A stretch of DNA of 64,000 nt. Source: an uncultured Spirochaetota bacterium (GTDB lineage: Bacteria > Spirochaetota > Spirochaetia > SZUA-6 > Fen-1364). Under the pieces are notes generated by a model, which worked only from the letters and a program-made list of their open reading frames with translations, was not told the origin of the DNA and searched no databases. Below, in pieces: positions 38,301 through 47,866 of the stretch (within the stretch, counting starts at the first letter, position 1; each line of letters opens with the position of its first letter). The DNA lies in the NCBI GenBank assembly GCA_963734545.1, contig CAVTHO010000005.1:686633-750632 (forward strand), in the 5' to 3' direction. The position numbers were made by a program, and so were the translations under genes.

Positions 38301-39383
38301 ATGAAATACCGAAGACTGGGAAACACGGGAGTCATCGTGAGCGAGGTGGCGCTGGGCTCGATGCAGTTCGGCGGCCGCATGAACATGGGAAACCTCGGCC
38401 AGGAGGCCACGACGAAGATGGTCAAGCTGGCCCTCGACCGCGGGATCAATTTCATCGACACGGCGGACGTGTACAGCCTCGGTGAGAGCGAAACCCTCCT
38501 GGGCAATGCCCTGAAGGGCGTGCGGGAGGAGATCGTCCTGGCCACGAAGGTACGCCTCCCCATGAGCGAGAACTTCAACAGGAGCGGCGCCACGCGCGTG
38601 AACATCATGCGGGGGATCGAGTCGAGCCTGAAGCGCCTGCAGACCGACCACGTCGACCTCTACCAGGTGCACGGGTGGGACAGCAACACGCCGCTGGAGG
38701 AGACCCTGCGGAGCCTGGACGACGTGGTGCGCCAGGGGAAGTCGCGCTACATAGGGTTGAGCAACCACCTCTCGTGGCAGGCGGCGGTTGCGGTCGATAT
38801 GCAGGAACGCATGGGGCTGGAGAAGTATGCCACCGCGCAGATGTACTACAGCCTCGTGGGCCGGGGTCTCGAGCACGAGTTCCAGTCCTATGCGCAGTAC
38901 GCGGGCCTCGGGATCCTCGTCTGGAGCCCGCTTGCCGGCGGGTTCCTCGCGGGCAAGTACGGGCGCACGAATCCTCCGCCTTCCGGGACCCGATTCGCGG
39001 AGGCAGGCCAGTTCGTGCCCTTTGACAAGGAAATCGGCTACCGGGTCGTGGATGCCCTGAAGAAAGTGGCCGACCGGAACGGGGTGAGCCCTGCCCGGGC
39101 CGCCCTTGCCTGGGTGCTGGCGCGTCCCGCGGTCTCCAGCGTGATCATTGCCGCGAGGAAGCCGGAGAACCTCGAGGACAACATCAAGGCAGTGGACCTT
39201 CGCCTCTCTGATGAAGACACGAAGCTCCTGGACTCCGTCTCCGATCCCGGAACGCCCTACCCGAAATGGATGATGCTCCAGCTCGACGCGGCGGAGGATC
39301 CGCGGCCGAAGGTGCTGCATCCCGAGCGCTACGCGGATGGAGGCCCCTGGAAGGACCTGCGCGGCACGAAGTGGTCAGGGTAG
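38301..39383 (+). CDS. Aldo/keto reductase
   Basis: MKYRRLG, FIDTADVYSLGESE, LATKV, VDLYQVH, WSPLAGGFLAGKY. Confidence 0.92.
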   Translation: MKYRRLGNTGVIVSEVALGSMQFGGRMNMGNLGQEATTKMVKLALDRGINFIDTADVYSLGESETLLGNALKGVREEIVLATKVRLPMSENFNRSGATRVNIMRGIESSLKRLQTDHVDLYQVHGWDSNTPLEETLRSLDDVVRQGKSRYIGLSNHLSWQAAVAVDMQERMGLEKYATAQMYYSLVGRGLEHEFQSYAQYAGLGILVWSPLAGGFLAGKYGRTNPPPSGTRFAEAGQFVPFDKEIGYRVVDALKKVADRNGVSPARAALAWVLARPAVSSVIIAARKPENLEDNIKAVDLRLSDEDTKLLDSVSDPGTPYPKWMMLQLDAAEDPRPKVLHPERYADGGPWKDLRGTKWSG

Positions 39384-39430
39384 CCCGGGCCGGGAAGCAA
39401 ACGGCGCGGGGAGAGACAGCGGCCCAGGCG

Positions 39431-40414
39431 TCAGCGGGCCGCTGCCAGTTTCTCTTCGGGAAGAACCGCCCGCTGGAGCAGGCGCGAGTTGACGAGGTAG
39501 GTCCAGGGCGACCAGCTCGTGGTGACCCGGACCCTGCCGGCCTCCGGGCCCTGGCTCACGGTGAGCGAATACTTCTTCCCCTCGAATGTGGCCACGGAAA
39601 TGTCGAGCCGCCCGGCTTCTCCCGAAAGGGGCGGGCCTCCTGGATTCTCCGCGAAATCCATCCCCTCCAGCATGGCCAGGGCGTTCGACATGGCGCCGGC
39701 AGTGATCCGGTCCGCGGGCTTCTCCGGGCTTCCCACGACCCATTGGTCCTGCTTTTCCGCCGAGGGTCTCTTCAGCGTATAGCCGCCGCGCAGCACTCCG
39801 GCCTCGTGCAGCGCGAGATTTCCGCTCACCGTGACTGCCGCCACTGTCGTGCCCTGCACGTCTTCGGGCAGAACGTGGAGCTCGAACCAGTAGGAGCGCT
39901 CCTGGGCCAGGAAGAACGCGAGGGACCCCCGCGCAAGGAACACCGGCGCCTGTCCGCGCACCTGCACATAGTCGGCATCCCCGCTGGGGCCGCGCTTGCC
40001 CACGAGCAGCGCGGCGTCCGGCGCACCCGCCTGGTGGAGAACCAGCAGCCGCACCGCGTCAGGAGAAAAGCCCAGCTCGGAGAGATGCCGCGCATCGCTG
40101 CTCACGAGGTTCGTCCGCCGGAGACCCGCAACGGCGCGGAGGAAAGTCGCAATCCTGTCCGCCGACGCAGGATACGCGCGTGCGCCGGACCGGGCCTCCC
40201 AGCCGTTTGCCCCTTTCCGGAGGCTGATCCTGGTTTCCCCGTTCATGATGATCTCGATGCCGTCCACCTTCGGCGCGCTGACACCCGGCAGGACAGGGCG
40301 GCCCGATGTCCTTGCCTGAACCTGGTCCGGCGAGAAGAGGATCCCGAGCACGAGCAGGGCAAGGAGGCCGGCCAGGACGCCGCAGAGCGCAACCAGGCGC
40401 GCGTGAAAGCTCAT
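39431..40414 (-). CDS. DUF4340-domain protein
   Basis: N-terminal TM, W...YPASAD, ELGF, LLVGK...YVQ; usual position after gldG. Confidence 0.75.
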   Translation of the reverse strand: MSFHARLVALCGVLAGLLALLVLGILFSPDQVQARTSGRPVLPGVSAPKVDGIEIIMNGETRISLRKGANGWEARSGARAYPASADRIATFLRAVAGLRRTNLVSSDARHLSELGFSPDAVRLLVLHQAGAPDAALLVGKRGPSGDADYVQVRGQAPVFLARGSLAFFLAQERSYWFELHVLPEDVQGTTVAAVTVSGNLALHEAGVLRGGYTLKRPSAEKQDQWVVGSPEKPADRITAGAMSNALAMLEGMDFAENPGGPPLSGEAGRLDISVATFEGKKYSLTVSQGPEAGRVRVTTSWSPWTYLVNSRLLQRAVLPEEKLAAAR

Positions 40415-41940
40415 GGCGCGTTCTTCTCCTTCCGCCGCATCCTCCACAAGAGGCCGAAGAGCACGACGGCAAGGGGAACGACAACGACGTTCAGCAGCTC
40501 CGCTCCGAGCATGAGCCGTGAGCGCCTCACCGGTTCCTGGATACGGTCGAGCTTCCCCTCCGTCGTCGCCCGCGTCTTGATGGACAGCAGGTCGGAGTTA
40601 CCGGAGAGCCACAGGACCGCGTTCTCGACGAAAAGCACATTCGACAGGCTGTCCGAAAACTGCATGAGGTCGGTGAGAAAATCGTCGTCGCCGACGACGA
40701 TCATTCGTGTCGGGACACTCTGCCGCGCGGCGGCAAAATGGGAAGGGAAGGTTCCGCTCAACGCAAAGGCGAGCGGGAACTGCCCGTGCGTGACGCCGCC
40801 CTGGGGAACCTTGTAGGGATTCACGATGAAGGGCTCCCTCTGGACCCATGCCGAGGGGGTCGTCCTGACGAGCGGCTCCGCGCGCACGCCGGACCGCGGC
40901 AGGGGAGACAGCGCCACCGGCCACAGCAGGTCGAGGCCCGTAAAGCGCGCCGTGATCGGGTTCTCGGCGGAAACGTAGGGGCCCTGGATCGAAACCCATG
41001 GGGGATACTTTCCGATCGTCTCCCAGCCTATCTGCCCGTTGGGTTTCTGCTGGGGAAGCCGGTAGTCCCGGGCAGCGGTATCCATGATCATGTCACGGCC
41101 CACCTGCAGCCCGTAGGACTCGATCATGTCGAGGAGGGAAGAGGTCCCCACCGAGCGCGCGGTGAACGAGGTGGCAGTCTGCACGCGCAGCCCTTTCACG
41201 GCGAAAAGGACTTTTCCGCCGTTCATGATGTAGGTCTCGAGGGGGCGAAGCTCCTGCGCGCCCCACTGCGTCCCTCCTGCCACGAGCAGCACGTCCACCT
41301 CGGGAGGGATCGGGTCGCCGGGGAGGTACTCATGCAGCGAATAGTCGCGCGAGAGCCCGGTCTGCAGGGTGTCGAAGTCATTGTGAAGCGACTTATCCGG
41401 CTCCCCGACGATCACCCCCACGACGAGCCGGCGTCCGGCGAGCACTTTCCGTACGGCGAAGCTCAGGGAATACTCCAGCCCGTCCGGCGAGAAGACGGCG
41501 GGGAGCGACGTGTAGCGGTCCAGGTAGTCGATGGCGATGCCCGAGTAGACGTCCGCCGTGCGCTGCTCGTTCTGCTGGATGACCTGGATCTGCTGGGGGA
41601 GGATCCCGAAGCGCCGCGCGCTTTCCCCGTGCCCCGTTTTGCCCGGGTCCAGGACGGTCACGCTGACCTTGCCCCGCGACTCGGCGGCGTACTCCTGCAG
41701 CAGATCAATGACCCGGCCCGGGGACGGAGACAGCGAACGGAGCGTGTCACTGAGGAAATAGGTCAGGTGAACCTGCTCGGGGATCCCGCGAAGGATCTCC
41801 CGGGAGACCGGGGAAATCGAGTATGCCTTGCTGCGCGTGAGGTCCAGGCGCACGAACCAGCGCGCTCCATCCGCCAGCACGAGCACAAGGCACAGGGCCA
41901 CGAGCAGCATCACCGCTATTTCGCGTGTTCTCCGACGCAT
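40411..41940 (-). CDS. GldG-like ABC auxiliary component
   Basis: RLDLTRSKAYSISP, DLLQEY, VLLVAG, YIMNGGKVL, RMIVVGDDDF, NAVLWL...LLSIKTR, C-terminal TM. Confidence 0.85.
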   Translation of the reverse strand: MRRRTREIAVMLLVALCLVLVLADGARWFVRLDLTRSKAYSISPVSREILRGIPEQVHLTYFLSDTLRSLSPSPGRVIDLLQEYAAESRGKVSVTVLDPGKTGHGESARRFGILPQQIQVIQQNEQRTADVYSGIAIDYLDRYTSLPAVFSPDGLEYSLSFAVRKVLAGRRLVVGVIVGEPDKSLHNDFDTLQTGLSRDYSLHEYLPGDPIPPEVDVLLVAGGTQWGAQELRPLETYIMNGGKVLFAVKGLRVQTATSFTARSVGTSSLLDMIESYGLQVGRDMIMDTAARDYRLPQQKPNGQIGWETIGKYPPWVSIQGPYVSAENPITARFTGLDLLWPVALSPLPRSGVRAEPLVRTTPSAWVQREPFIVNPYKVPQGGVTHGQFPLAFALSGTFPSHFAAARQSVPTRMIVVGDDDFLTDLMQFSDSLSNVLFVENAVLWLSGNSDLLSIKTRATTEGKLDRIQEPVRRSRLMLGAELLNVVVVPLAVVLFGLLWRMRRKEKNAP

Positions 41941-41948
41941 GCCGGCTC

Positions 41949-42671
41949 CTACCGGAAACGCCGCATGAGAAGCACCTTGGTGGTGAAATAGAGGAACCCC
42001 GCCGCGAGCACCACGAAATACAGGACGTCCCGCGTGTCCAGAACCCCCTTGCTGAAGCTGTCGAAGTGAAAATCGAAGGAGACCCATGAAAAGACCGACG
42101 CGAGCCAGCCGGGAAGCACCGCCACGGCGGGGATCTGCCCGATCATCGTGATGACGAGCATGAAGGCCACGCCGAAAAGGAACGCCGAGATCTGGTTCGC
42201 CGAGAGGGCGGAGACGAACTGCCCGGCGGCGATGCCGGCACAACCCAGGAGCAGGACGCCCAGGTATTCCATCGCGACCTGAGCCGGCTCGAAGGCGCCG
42301 AACGGCAGCAGGGACAGGGGCAGGGGAAGGGTGAGGACGACGAGCACGAGAAGGAGGATGACCGCGGCGGCGAATTTGCCCGCAACGAGCTCCCGCTCGC
42401 GCACCGGAAGCGTGAGGAGGATCTCCGCCGTTCCCTGCCGGCGCTCTTCGGCCCAGCTCCGCATGGTGAGGGCCGGCAGGAGCATGATGAACACGATGGG
42501 CCAGAGGGAGAAGTAGCCGCGAAGCGATGCGGTGTCCTGCGCGAAAAACTGCTGGGCGTAGAAGAACCACGCTGACGTCACCACGAGGAAGAAGACCACC
42601 ACGATGAAAGCGACAGGCGTGGTGAAATAGGCACGCAGCTCGCGCCGCGCGATCGCGGCGACCCTATACAT
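41949..42671 (-). CDS. GldF-like ABC-2 permease
   Basis: RRELRAYFTTPVA, TMRSWAEERRQGTAEILLTLP, FSKGVLDTRDVLYF. Confidence 0.9.
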   Translation of the reverse strand: MYRVAAIARRELRAYFTTPVAFIVVVFFLVVTSAWFFYAQQFFAQDTASLRGYFSLWPIVFIMLLPALTMRSWAEERRQGTAEILLTLPVRERELVAGKFAAAVILLLVLVVLTLPLPLSLLPFGAFEPAQVAMEYLGVLLLGCAGIAAGQFVSALSANQISAFLFGVAFMLVITMIGQIPAVAVLPGWLASVFSWVSFDFHFDSFSKGVLDTRDVLYFVVLAAGFLYFTTKVLLMRRFR

Positions 42672-43611
42672 CGCGGCCTCCACCGGTGAGCCGGGCAAAA
42701 AGGTCCTCGAGCCGGGCCTTTTCGGTCCTCATGCCGAGGATCTTGCACCCGTGTGCCACGGCCCAGTCATACACCGCCTCGGAGGGATCCGCACCGGGGG
42801 CCACGTCCAGGTCCACCTCCACCCTGTCCTCGGGCATTGTCCGCACGGCCGTGACGGCACGGACTCCCTCCAGGGTCTCAAGCGTCCTGGCCGTGGACTC
42901 CGCGAGCCGTCCCTTGAATGAGACGCTGAGCACCTTGCCTTCCTGCATGCCGCGCGCGATCTCCTCCGGGGTTCCCTGCGCGATGAGCCTTCCCGCGTTC
43001 ATGATGAGCACGCGACGGCACAGGGCCTCCACTTCCTGCAGGATGTGCGTGGAGAGGATGACGGTCTTTTCCCTTCCCAGGTTCCTGATCAGCGCCCTGA
43101 TCTCCACGATCTGGTTGGGGTCCAGGCCGGACGTCGGTTCGTCCAGGACCAGGACGGCCGGGTCGTGGAGAATGGCCTGCGCGAGACCCACTCTCTGCCG
43201 ATACCCCTTCGAGAGCCGCCGTATCAGGCGCGGAAAAACCTCCGACAGGCCGCAGGCCTCGACGACGAGCTCCCGCCGCTGGGCCCGCCAGGCGCCCGAG
43301 AGACCCCGCGCATCCGCGATGAACGAGAGGTACTCGCTCACCTTCATGTCCTCATACAGGGGGGCATTCTCCGGCAGGTATCCCACGGCCTGTCGGACGA
43401 GATGGGGCTGGGTGAGCACGTCGTGCCCATCCACGCGCGCCGCCCCCTCGGTGGGGAAGTGGTAGCAGGTAAGGATGCGCATGATGGAGGTCTTGCCCGC
43501 CCCGTTGGGGCCGAGCAGGCCGATGACCTGGCCCTTCTCGACACGGAACGAGACTCCCTTCACCGCCTCGAAGGGGCCGTACCGCTTTACCAGGTTGTCC
43601 GCTTCGATCAT
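42664..43611 (-). CDS. GldA-like ABC ATP-binding protein
   Basis: GPNGAGKT, LSKGYRQRVGLAQA, LDEPTSGLDPNQI, STHIL. Confidence 0.92.
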   Translation of the reverse strand: MIEADNLVKRYGPFEAVKGVSFRVEKGQVIGLLGPNGAGKTSIMRILTCYHFPTEGAARVDGHDVLTQPHLVRQAVGYLPENAPLYEDMKVSEYLSFIADARGLSGAWRAQRRELVVEACGLSEVFPRLIRRLSKGYRQRVGLAQAILHDPAVLVLDEPTSGLDPNQIVEIRALIRNLGREKTVILSTHILQEVEALCRRVLIMNAGRLIAQGTPEEIARGMQEGKVLSVSFKGRLAESTARTLETLEGVRAVTAVRTMPEDRVEVDLDVAPGADPSEAVYDWAVAHGCKILGMRTEKARLEDLFARLTGGGRDV

Positions 43612-44249
43612 GCCGGGCCGGAGATGTGGTCGGCGAATCCCTGGAGGATGTAGATGCAGGCCACTGCGCCGGGATCTTCACGGCCCTTCGACTGCTCCTG
43701 GTAGTACGCAAGCCTGCCGTGCTGGGCGATCATCTCCTTTGCCTGCTCGCGGCCCTGCGCGGCGGCGGCCTTGAGCTTGCGGAATGCCTCGGGCAGATCG
43801 GCACCGGAAGAGACCGCCGCAGTAAGCGCCTGGGAGGCGGGAAGGAGCACGTCCACGATGGTCTTTTCACCCGGTTTCGACTTCCCGCGCTGCATGATCC
43901 CGGAAGTGAAGGCTTCGAAGAAAGCCGCCATCTCGGCGCCGCCCAAACCGGTTTTGCCCATCACGGCCTTGCCCCCGGACATGAAGCCGGTGGCCACCAG
44001 GGTGCCCATCGTGGAGGGTGCGGCCCGGGCGATTGCCATCCCGATCTTCATCAGGAGCTTGCCCAGGTCCGTCTCGTCCGTCTTGCCGGCCTCATCCCGC
44101 GCCGCGGAGAACCCCTTCTCCATTGTGAGGCCCAGGTCACCGTCCCCCATCGCGCTATCCAGCCGGATGAGCTCCTCTTTCTTCTCCTCCATCAGGGCGG
44201 CAATGGCCGACACGATGGTCTTGATATCCTGGGTTCCGAGAGAGCTCAT
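43608..44249 (-). CDS. dhaL: Dihydroxyacetone kinase-family DAK2 subunit
   Basis: LDSAMGDGDLG, GEKTIVD, HGR, DPGA. Confidence 0.9.
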   Translation of the reverse strand: MSSLGTQDIKTIVSAIAALMEEKKEELIRLDSAMGDGDLGLTMEKGFSAARDEAGKTDETDLGKLLMKIGMAIARAAPSTMGTLVATGFMSGGKAVMGKTGLGGAEMAAFFEAFTSGIMQRGKSKPGEKTIVDVLLPASQALTAAVSSGADLPEAFRKLKAAAAQGREQAKEMIAQHGRLAYYQEQSKGREDPGAVACIYILQGFADHISGPA

Positions 44250-45259
44250 GTCGACAGCTGTACCTGCTCGAAGAACGGCGTGCGCGCCGGCCGGGCCAGG
44301 AGCTTCTTCAGCTCGTCATCCAGCTTCAGCAGCGAGATGGACGCCCCGGCCATCTCCAGGGACGTGGCGAACTCACCGACGTAGACGTGGAACACCGAGA
44401 TCTTCTTCTCCTTCAGGATGAGACCGACCTTGCGATAGATGAGGTAGAGCTCTTCCTTCGGCGTGGCGCCCAACCCATTGATGAGGACCGCCACCTCGGA
44501 GCCCGCTGCAAAGGGAAGGTCGCTGAGCACGGGCCCCATCATCTCTTCCACAATGGCGTCTACCTTCTTCAGCGCCCCCCGGCGGATGCCCGGCTCCCCG
44601 TGGATGCCCATCCCGATCTCCATCTCGTTCTCCCCCAGGGAGAACTGCGGCGTGCCGACCTCCGGCACGATGTTCGGGGAAAGCGCGACCCCCATGGTCC
44701 GTACGTTGGCCCCTGCCTTCTCCGCGACGCGCTTCACTTCGGCAAGCGGCGCGAGGGTGTCCGCCATGGCCCCGGCGCACTTGTACAGGAAGAAGATCCC
44801 CGCCACGCCCCTGCGCTTGCCCTCCTGGCCCTTCGGAGCAGAGGCCACGTCCTCGGCACCCACGACCTGCTCGACCGTGATATCCTCCATGCCCGCCATG
44901 TCCCGGGCCATGTCGAAGTTCATGATGTCCCCGCCGTAGTTGCCGTAGATGTACAGCACGCCGGCCCCGCCGTTGATGGCCCGGGTGACGTTGTGCATCT
45001 GTTCGGCGCTGGGAGACTGGAACACCCCGCCCACCGAACAGCCGTCCAGCATGCCCTGGCCCACGTAGCCCAGGAACAGGGGCAGGTGGCCCGAGCCGCC
45101 CCCGGTGGCGATCCCCACCTTGCCCTTCTTCGGCGCGCCGGCGCGCACGATGCAGCGGCGGTCCCCTGCCGTGAAGGCGAGCTGGTCGGGGTGCGCAAGC
45201 AGAATGCCTTCCAGCATCTCGTCGACAAAGTGCTTCGGCTCATTGAGGAACTTCTTCAT
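44246..45259 (-). CDS. dhaK: Dihydroxyacetone kinase-family DAK1 subunit
   Basis: GGGSGHLP, NYGGDIMNF, RRGVAG, GMGIHGEPG. Confidence 0.92.
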   Translation of the reverse strand: MKKFLNEPKHFVDEMLEGILLAHPDQLAFTAGDRRCIVRAGAPKKGKVGIATGGGSGHLPLFLGYVGQGMLDGCSVGGVFQSPSAEQMHNVTRAINGGAGVLYIYGNYGGDIMNFDMARDMAGMEDITVEQVVGAEDVASAPKGQEGKRRGVAGIFFLYKCAGAMADTLAPLAEVKRVAEKAGANVRTMGVALSPNIVPEVGTPQFSLGENEMEIGMGIHGEPGIRRGALKKVDAIVEEMMGPVLSDLPFAAGSEVAVLINGLGATPKEELYLIYRKVGLILKEKKISVFHVYVGEFATSLEMAGASISLLKLDDELKKLLARPARTPFFEQVQLST

Positions 45260-45292
45260 GGAGGCCTCCTTTGTTCAGCCTGCGACGCGGGA

Positions 45293-45320
45293 ATTGTACC
45301 GCCGCGGATTGAAATGTCAA
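45293..45320 (-). promoter_or_regulatory. Sigma70 promoter for dhaK overlapping the lacI stop codon
   Basis: TTGACA-N16-TACAAT; GGAGG RBS before dhaK. Confidence 0.6.
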
Positions 45321-46426
45321 CGAGGAATGTCGCCAGGAGCTGCCGTGCGAATGTCGCCAGGAGCGACCGTGCGAATGCCGCCGGGAACGCCCGTGCCGCG
45401 ATGTTCGGCGGCCCGTTCAAGGTTCCGCCGGACGCTCTGCCGGTCCACCAGCTCTCCTGCGATCATCACCTTGGAGCCGGGCTTCTGGGGGTTTTCTATC
45501 CTCTCCTTCAACAGGAGTACGGCAGTCGACCCGATCTCCTTGTTCGACACGCGGATCGTGGTGAGCGGAGGATCGTGGTGAGCGGATGCGGGAAGGTTGT
45601 CGAAGCCGATCAGCGAGATGTCCCCGGGCACCCGGCAGCCCGCCTCGCGGAGCGCGCGGGCAACTCCCAGGCAGACTATGTCGTTGCAGCAGAACAGCCC
45701 TTCGGGAAGTCGTCTCCCCGAGGAGAGCAGGGATGAAAAATCCCGGTATGCGCCTTCGTATGTCGAGTCGACGGGGAAAATGAGCTCTTCGTCGACGCTC
45801 CGTCCCAGCGCAGCCAGGGACTTCCTGAATCCCTCCTCCCGGATGCGAAAGTTGACCACGTTGACGGGAGAGGACACCATCCCGACGGTCCTGTGCCCCG
45901 TCTGCACGAGCCGGGAAACGGCGAGGTAGACGGAGTCGAGATTGTTCATGTCCACGAAATCGTAGGGCAGGAAATCGTGGAACGTGTCGAGAAACACGAC
46001 CGGCCTCTGCGTGGAAGCTATTGTGTGAATGTCATCCGCTGAAAGCTCCGTGCCCAGGACCAGGAAACCCGCGACATCCTGCTGGTCCATCTGGTAGGTG
46101 ATGTCATTGATGGTCGTGCCTGCCGAGGCGGAAGAGAACTCGACCCGGAGCTGCACGTCCTTGGCCTTGTGCGTGATCCCGTCGATGTAGTCGGCAATGA
46201 ATACGTTGTGGTTTTCGTTCAGCGTGTGCCCGTGCCTGATCAGCTTGAGGAGCTGCACCGTGCCGCGCATCAGCGCGCGCGACGGTCGCTTCTTGTATCC
46301 CACTTCCCGCACTATCCCCAGGATTCTTTCCCGCGTTCTCTTGCTCACGCCTTGGCGATTGTTGAGCGCGAGAGACACGGTGGCGGCGGACACCCCGGCC
46401 TGCTTCGCAATACTTACTATGTTCAT
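45317..46426 (-). CDS. LacI-family transcriptional regulator
   Basis: IAKQAGVSAATVSLALN HTH, FCCNDIV, VPGDISLIGFDN, PPLTTI. Confidence 0.92.
   Translation of the reverse strand: MNIVSIAKQAGVSAATVSLALNNRQGVSKRTRERILGIVREVGYKKRPSRALMRGTVQLLKLIRHGHTLNENHNVFIADYIDGITHKAKDVQLRVEFSSASAGTTINDITYQMDQQDVAGFLVLGTELSADDIHTIASTQRPVVFLDTFHDFLPYDFVDMNNLDSVYLAVSRLVQTGHRTVGMVSSPVNVVNFRIREEGFRKSLAALGRSVDEELIFPVDSTYEGAYRDFSSLLSSGRRLPEGLFCCNDIVCLGVARALREAGCRVPGDISLIGFDNLPASAHHDPPLTTIRVSNKEIGSTAVLLLKERIENPQKPGSKVMIAGELVDRQSVRRNLERAAEHRGTGVPGGIRTVAPGDIRTAAPGDIPR
45325..45396. repeat. Three 24-bp tandem repeats in the lacI 3' end
   Basis: GAATGTCGCCAGGAGCTGCCGTGC-like units at 45325, 45349, 45373, encoding VPGGIRTVAPGDIRTAAPGDI. 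Confidence 0.8.
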
Positions 46427-46628
46427 GCCTCGGTTATACCACACCTTTTTAATTAAAAACAAACCATATTTTAGTTCTTCTGGACAATCACGCCTATTCT
46501 CCTATCATCTTGCATAATAAATAATTACTCGATCAACCCGGCGCCAGTTTCGAATTTGCCTGGTTTTTTTTGCCAAAATGTCCGTTATTAACAAACCGCT
46601 GCACGCCGCTCTTTAGCTAATATTAATC

Positions 46629-46657
46629 TTGACAACAACAGGAAACGGCCTGATAAT
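46629..46657 (+). promoter_or_regulatory. Sigma70 promoter of the sugar ABC operon
   Basis: TTGACA-N17-GATAAT in an AT-rich divergent intergenic region; TAAGGAGG RBS before ATG 46737. Confidence 0.7.
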
Positions 46658-46736
46658 TCTGCCCGAATGATGGGCAACGACTCGCCCGGCAGGGAGGCTC
46701 GTTTCCCTCGAAATCCCTGAGTAAGGAGGCTTTTGT

Positions 46737-47780
46737 ATGAGGAGATTCCTTGTCATTCTCGCATCGCTCCTCTTCATTTCAACCCTGGCATTTGCCTCGG
46801 GTGGAGGTGAAAAGGGCGCGGCGGCCGGCGGCAAGCAAAAGAGCATTGTGATGGTGGTGAAGCTTGAAGGCGTCGCCTGGTTCGACAATATGCGGACCGG
46901 CATCACGGCCTTCGGCAAGGACTATCCCGACATCACCGCCTCCCAGACCGGCGGCGCCACGGCGGACCCCGCTGTCCAGGCCAAGATCATCGAAGACCTG
47001 ACGGCCAAGGGCGTCAACGCCATCCTCGCGGTTCCCAATGATCCGGCATCGCTCGTCTCGGTTTTCAAGAGGGCGAACGACGCAGGCATCTTCACTCTCA
47101 CCCATGAAGCGTCCGTTCAGCAGCAGGTCAGCTACGATGTCGAAGCCTTCGACAACACGGCCTACGGCAAGCACATGATGGACGTCATGGCGAAGTGGAT
47201 GGGAAACAAGGGCATGTGGCAGCCGTTCGTCGGGCACCTCACCTCCACGACGCACAACCAGTGGGTGGACGGAGAAGTGGCGCAGGCCAATGCGATGTAT
47301 CCCGGCCTGAAGACGGCAACTGACCGCATCGAGGAGCAGGAGAACCAGCAGATCTCGCACGACAAGACCCTCGAGCTGCTGAAGACCTACCCTGACCTGA
47401 GGACGGTCATGGGGAGCGCCATGAGCACCGTGCCCGGCGCCGCCCAGGCAATCACGGAGAAAGGCCTCATCGGCAAGGTGGCCGCGTTCGGCACCTGTCT
47501 CCCCTCGGTCGCCGGTGACTACATCAAGAGCGGCGCGGTCATCTCCATCCATTTCTGGGTCCCCGCGGACGCCGGCTACGTGACGGCGCGCGCGGCCTAT
47601 GAGCTGCTGAAGGGAAACAAGGTTACCGAAGGCATGAACATGGGCAAGCCCGGCTATGAGAAGGTCACGCTCAAGAACAACGACTCCGGCGTGCCGGTCA
47701 TCTACGGCGCGGCGTGGGTGGACGTGAACAAGGACAACCTGAAGGACTGGGTCAATCCCGACGGGAAGTACAAGCTGTAA
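46737..47780 (+). CDS. Sugar ABC transporter substrate-binding protein (LsrB/RhaS-like PBP1)
   Basis: Signal peptide, VVKLEGVAWFDNM, ADPAVQAKIIEDL, AVPNDP, WVPADAG. Confidence 0.9.
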   Translation: MRRFLVILASLLFISTLAFASGGGEKGAAAGGKQKSIVMVVKLEGVAWFDNMRTGITAFGKDYPDITASQTGGATADPAVQAKIIEDLTAKGVNAILAVPNDPASLVSVFKRANDAGIFTLTHEASVQQQVSYDVEAFDNTAYGKHMMDVMAKWMGNKGMWQPFVGHLTSTTHNQWVDGEVAQANAMYPGLKTATDRIEEQENQQISHDKTLELLKTYPDLRTVMGSAMSTVPGAAQAITEKGLIGKVAAFGTCLPSVAGDYIKSGAVISIHFWVPADAGYVTARAAYELLKGNKVTEGMNMGKPGYEKVTLKNNDSGVPVIYGAAWVDVNKDNLKDWVNPDGKYKL

Positions 47781-47801
47781 CCCGACCTTTCGTTAGAATC
47801 G

Positions 47802-47855
47802 CGGGTTGATCGGTGCCGCATTCTCGTGCGACTATCCGGTCAACCCGTTTTTTTT
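47802..47855 (+). terminator. Intrinsic terminator or stabilising hairpin between the binding-protein and ATPase genes
   Basis: CGGGTTGA(47802-09)...TCAACCCG(47840-47) stem followed by T8. Confidence 0.7.
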
Positions 47856-47866
47856 CTGGGGGAAGC

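Noticed and set aside
39431-43611. Gliding motility machinery
   Set aside because: GldA/F/G-like ABC modules are common in non-gliding taxa; no T9SS or GldK-N genes here
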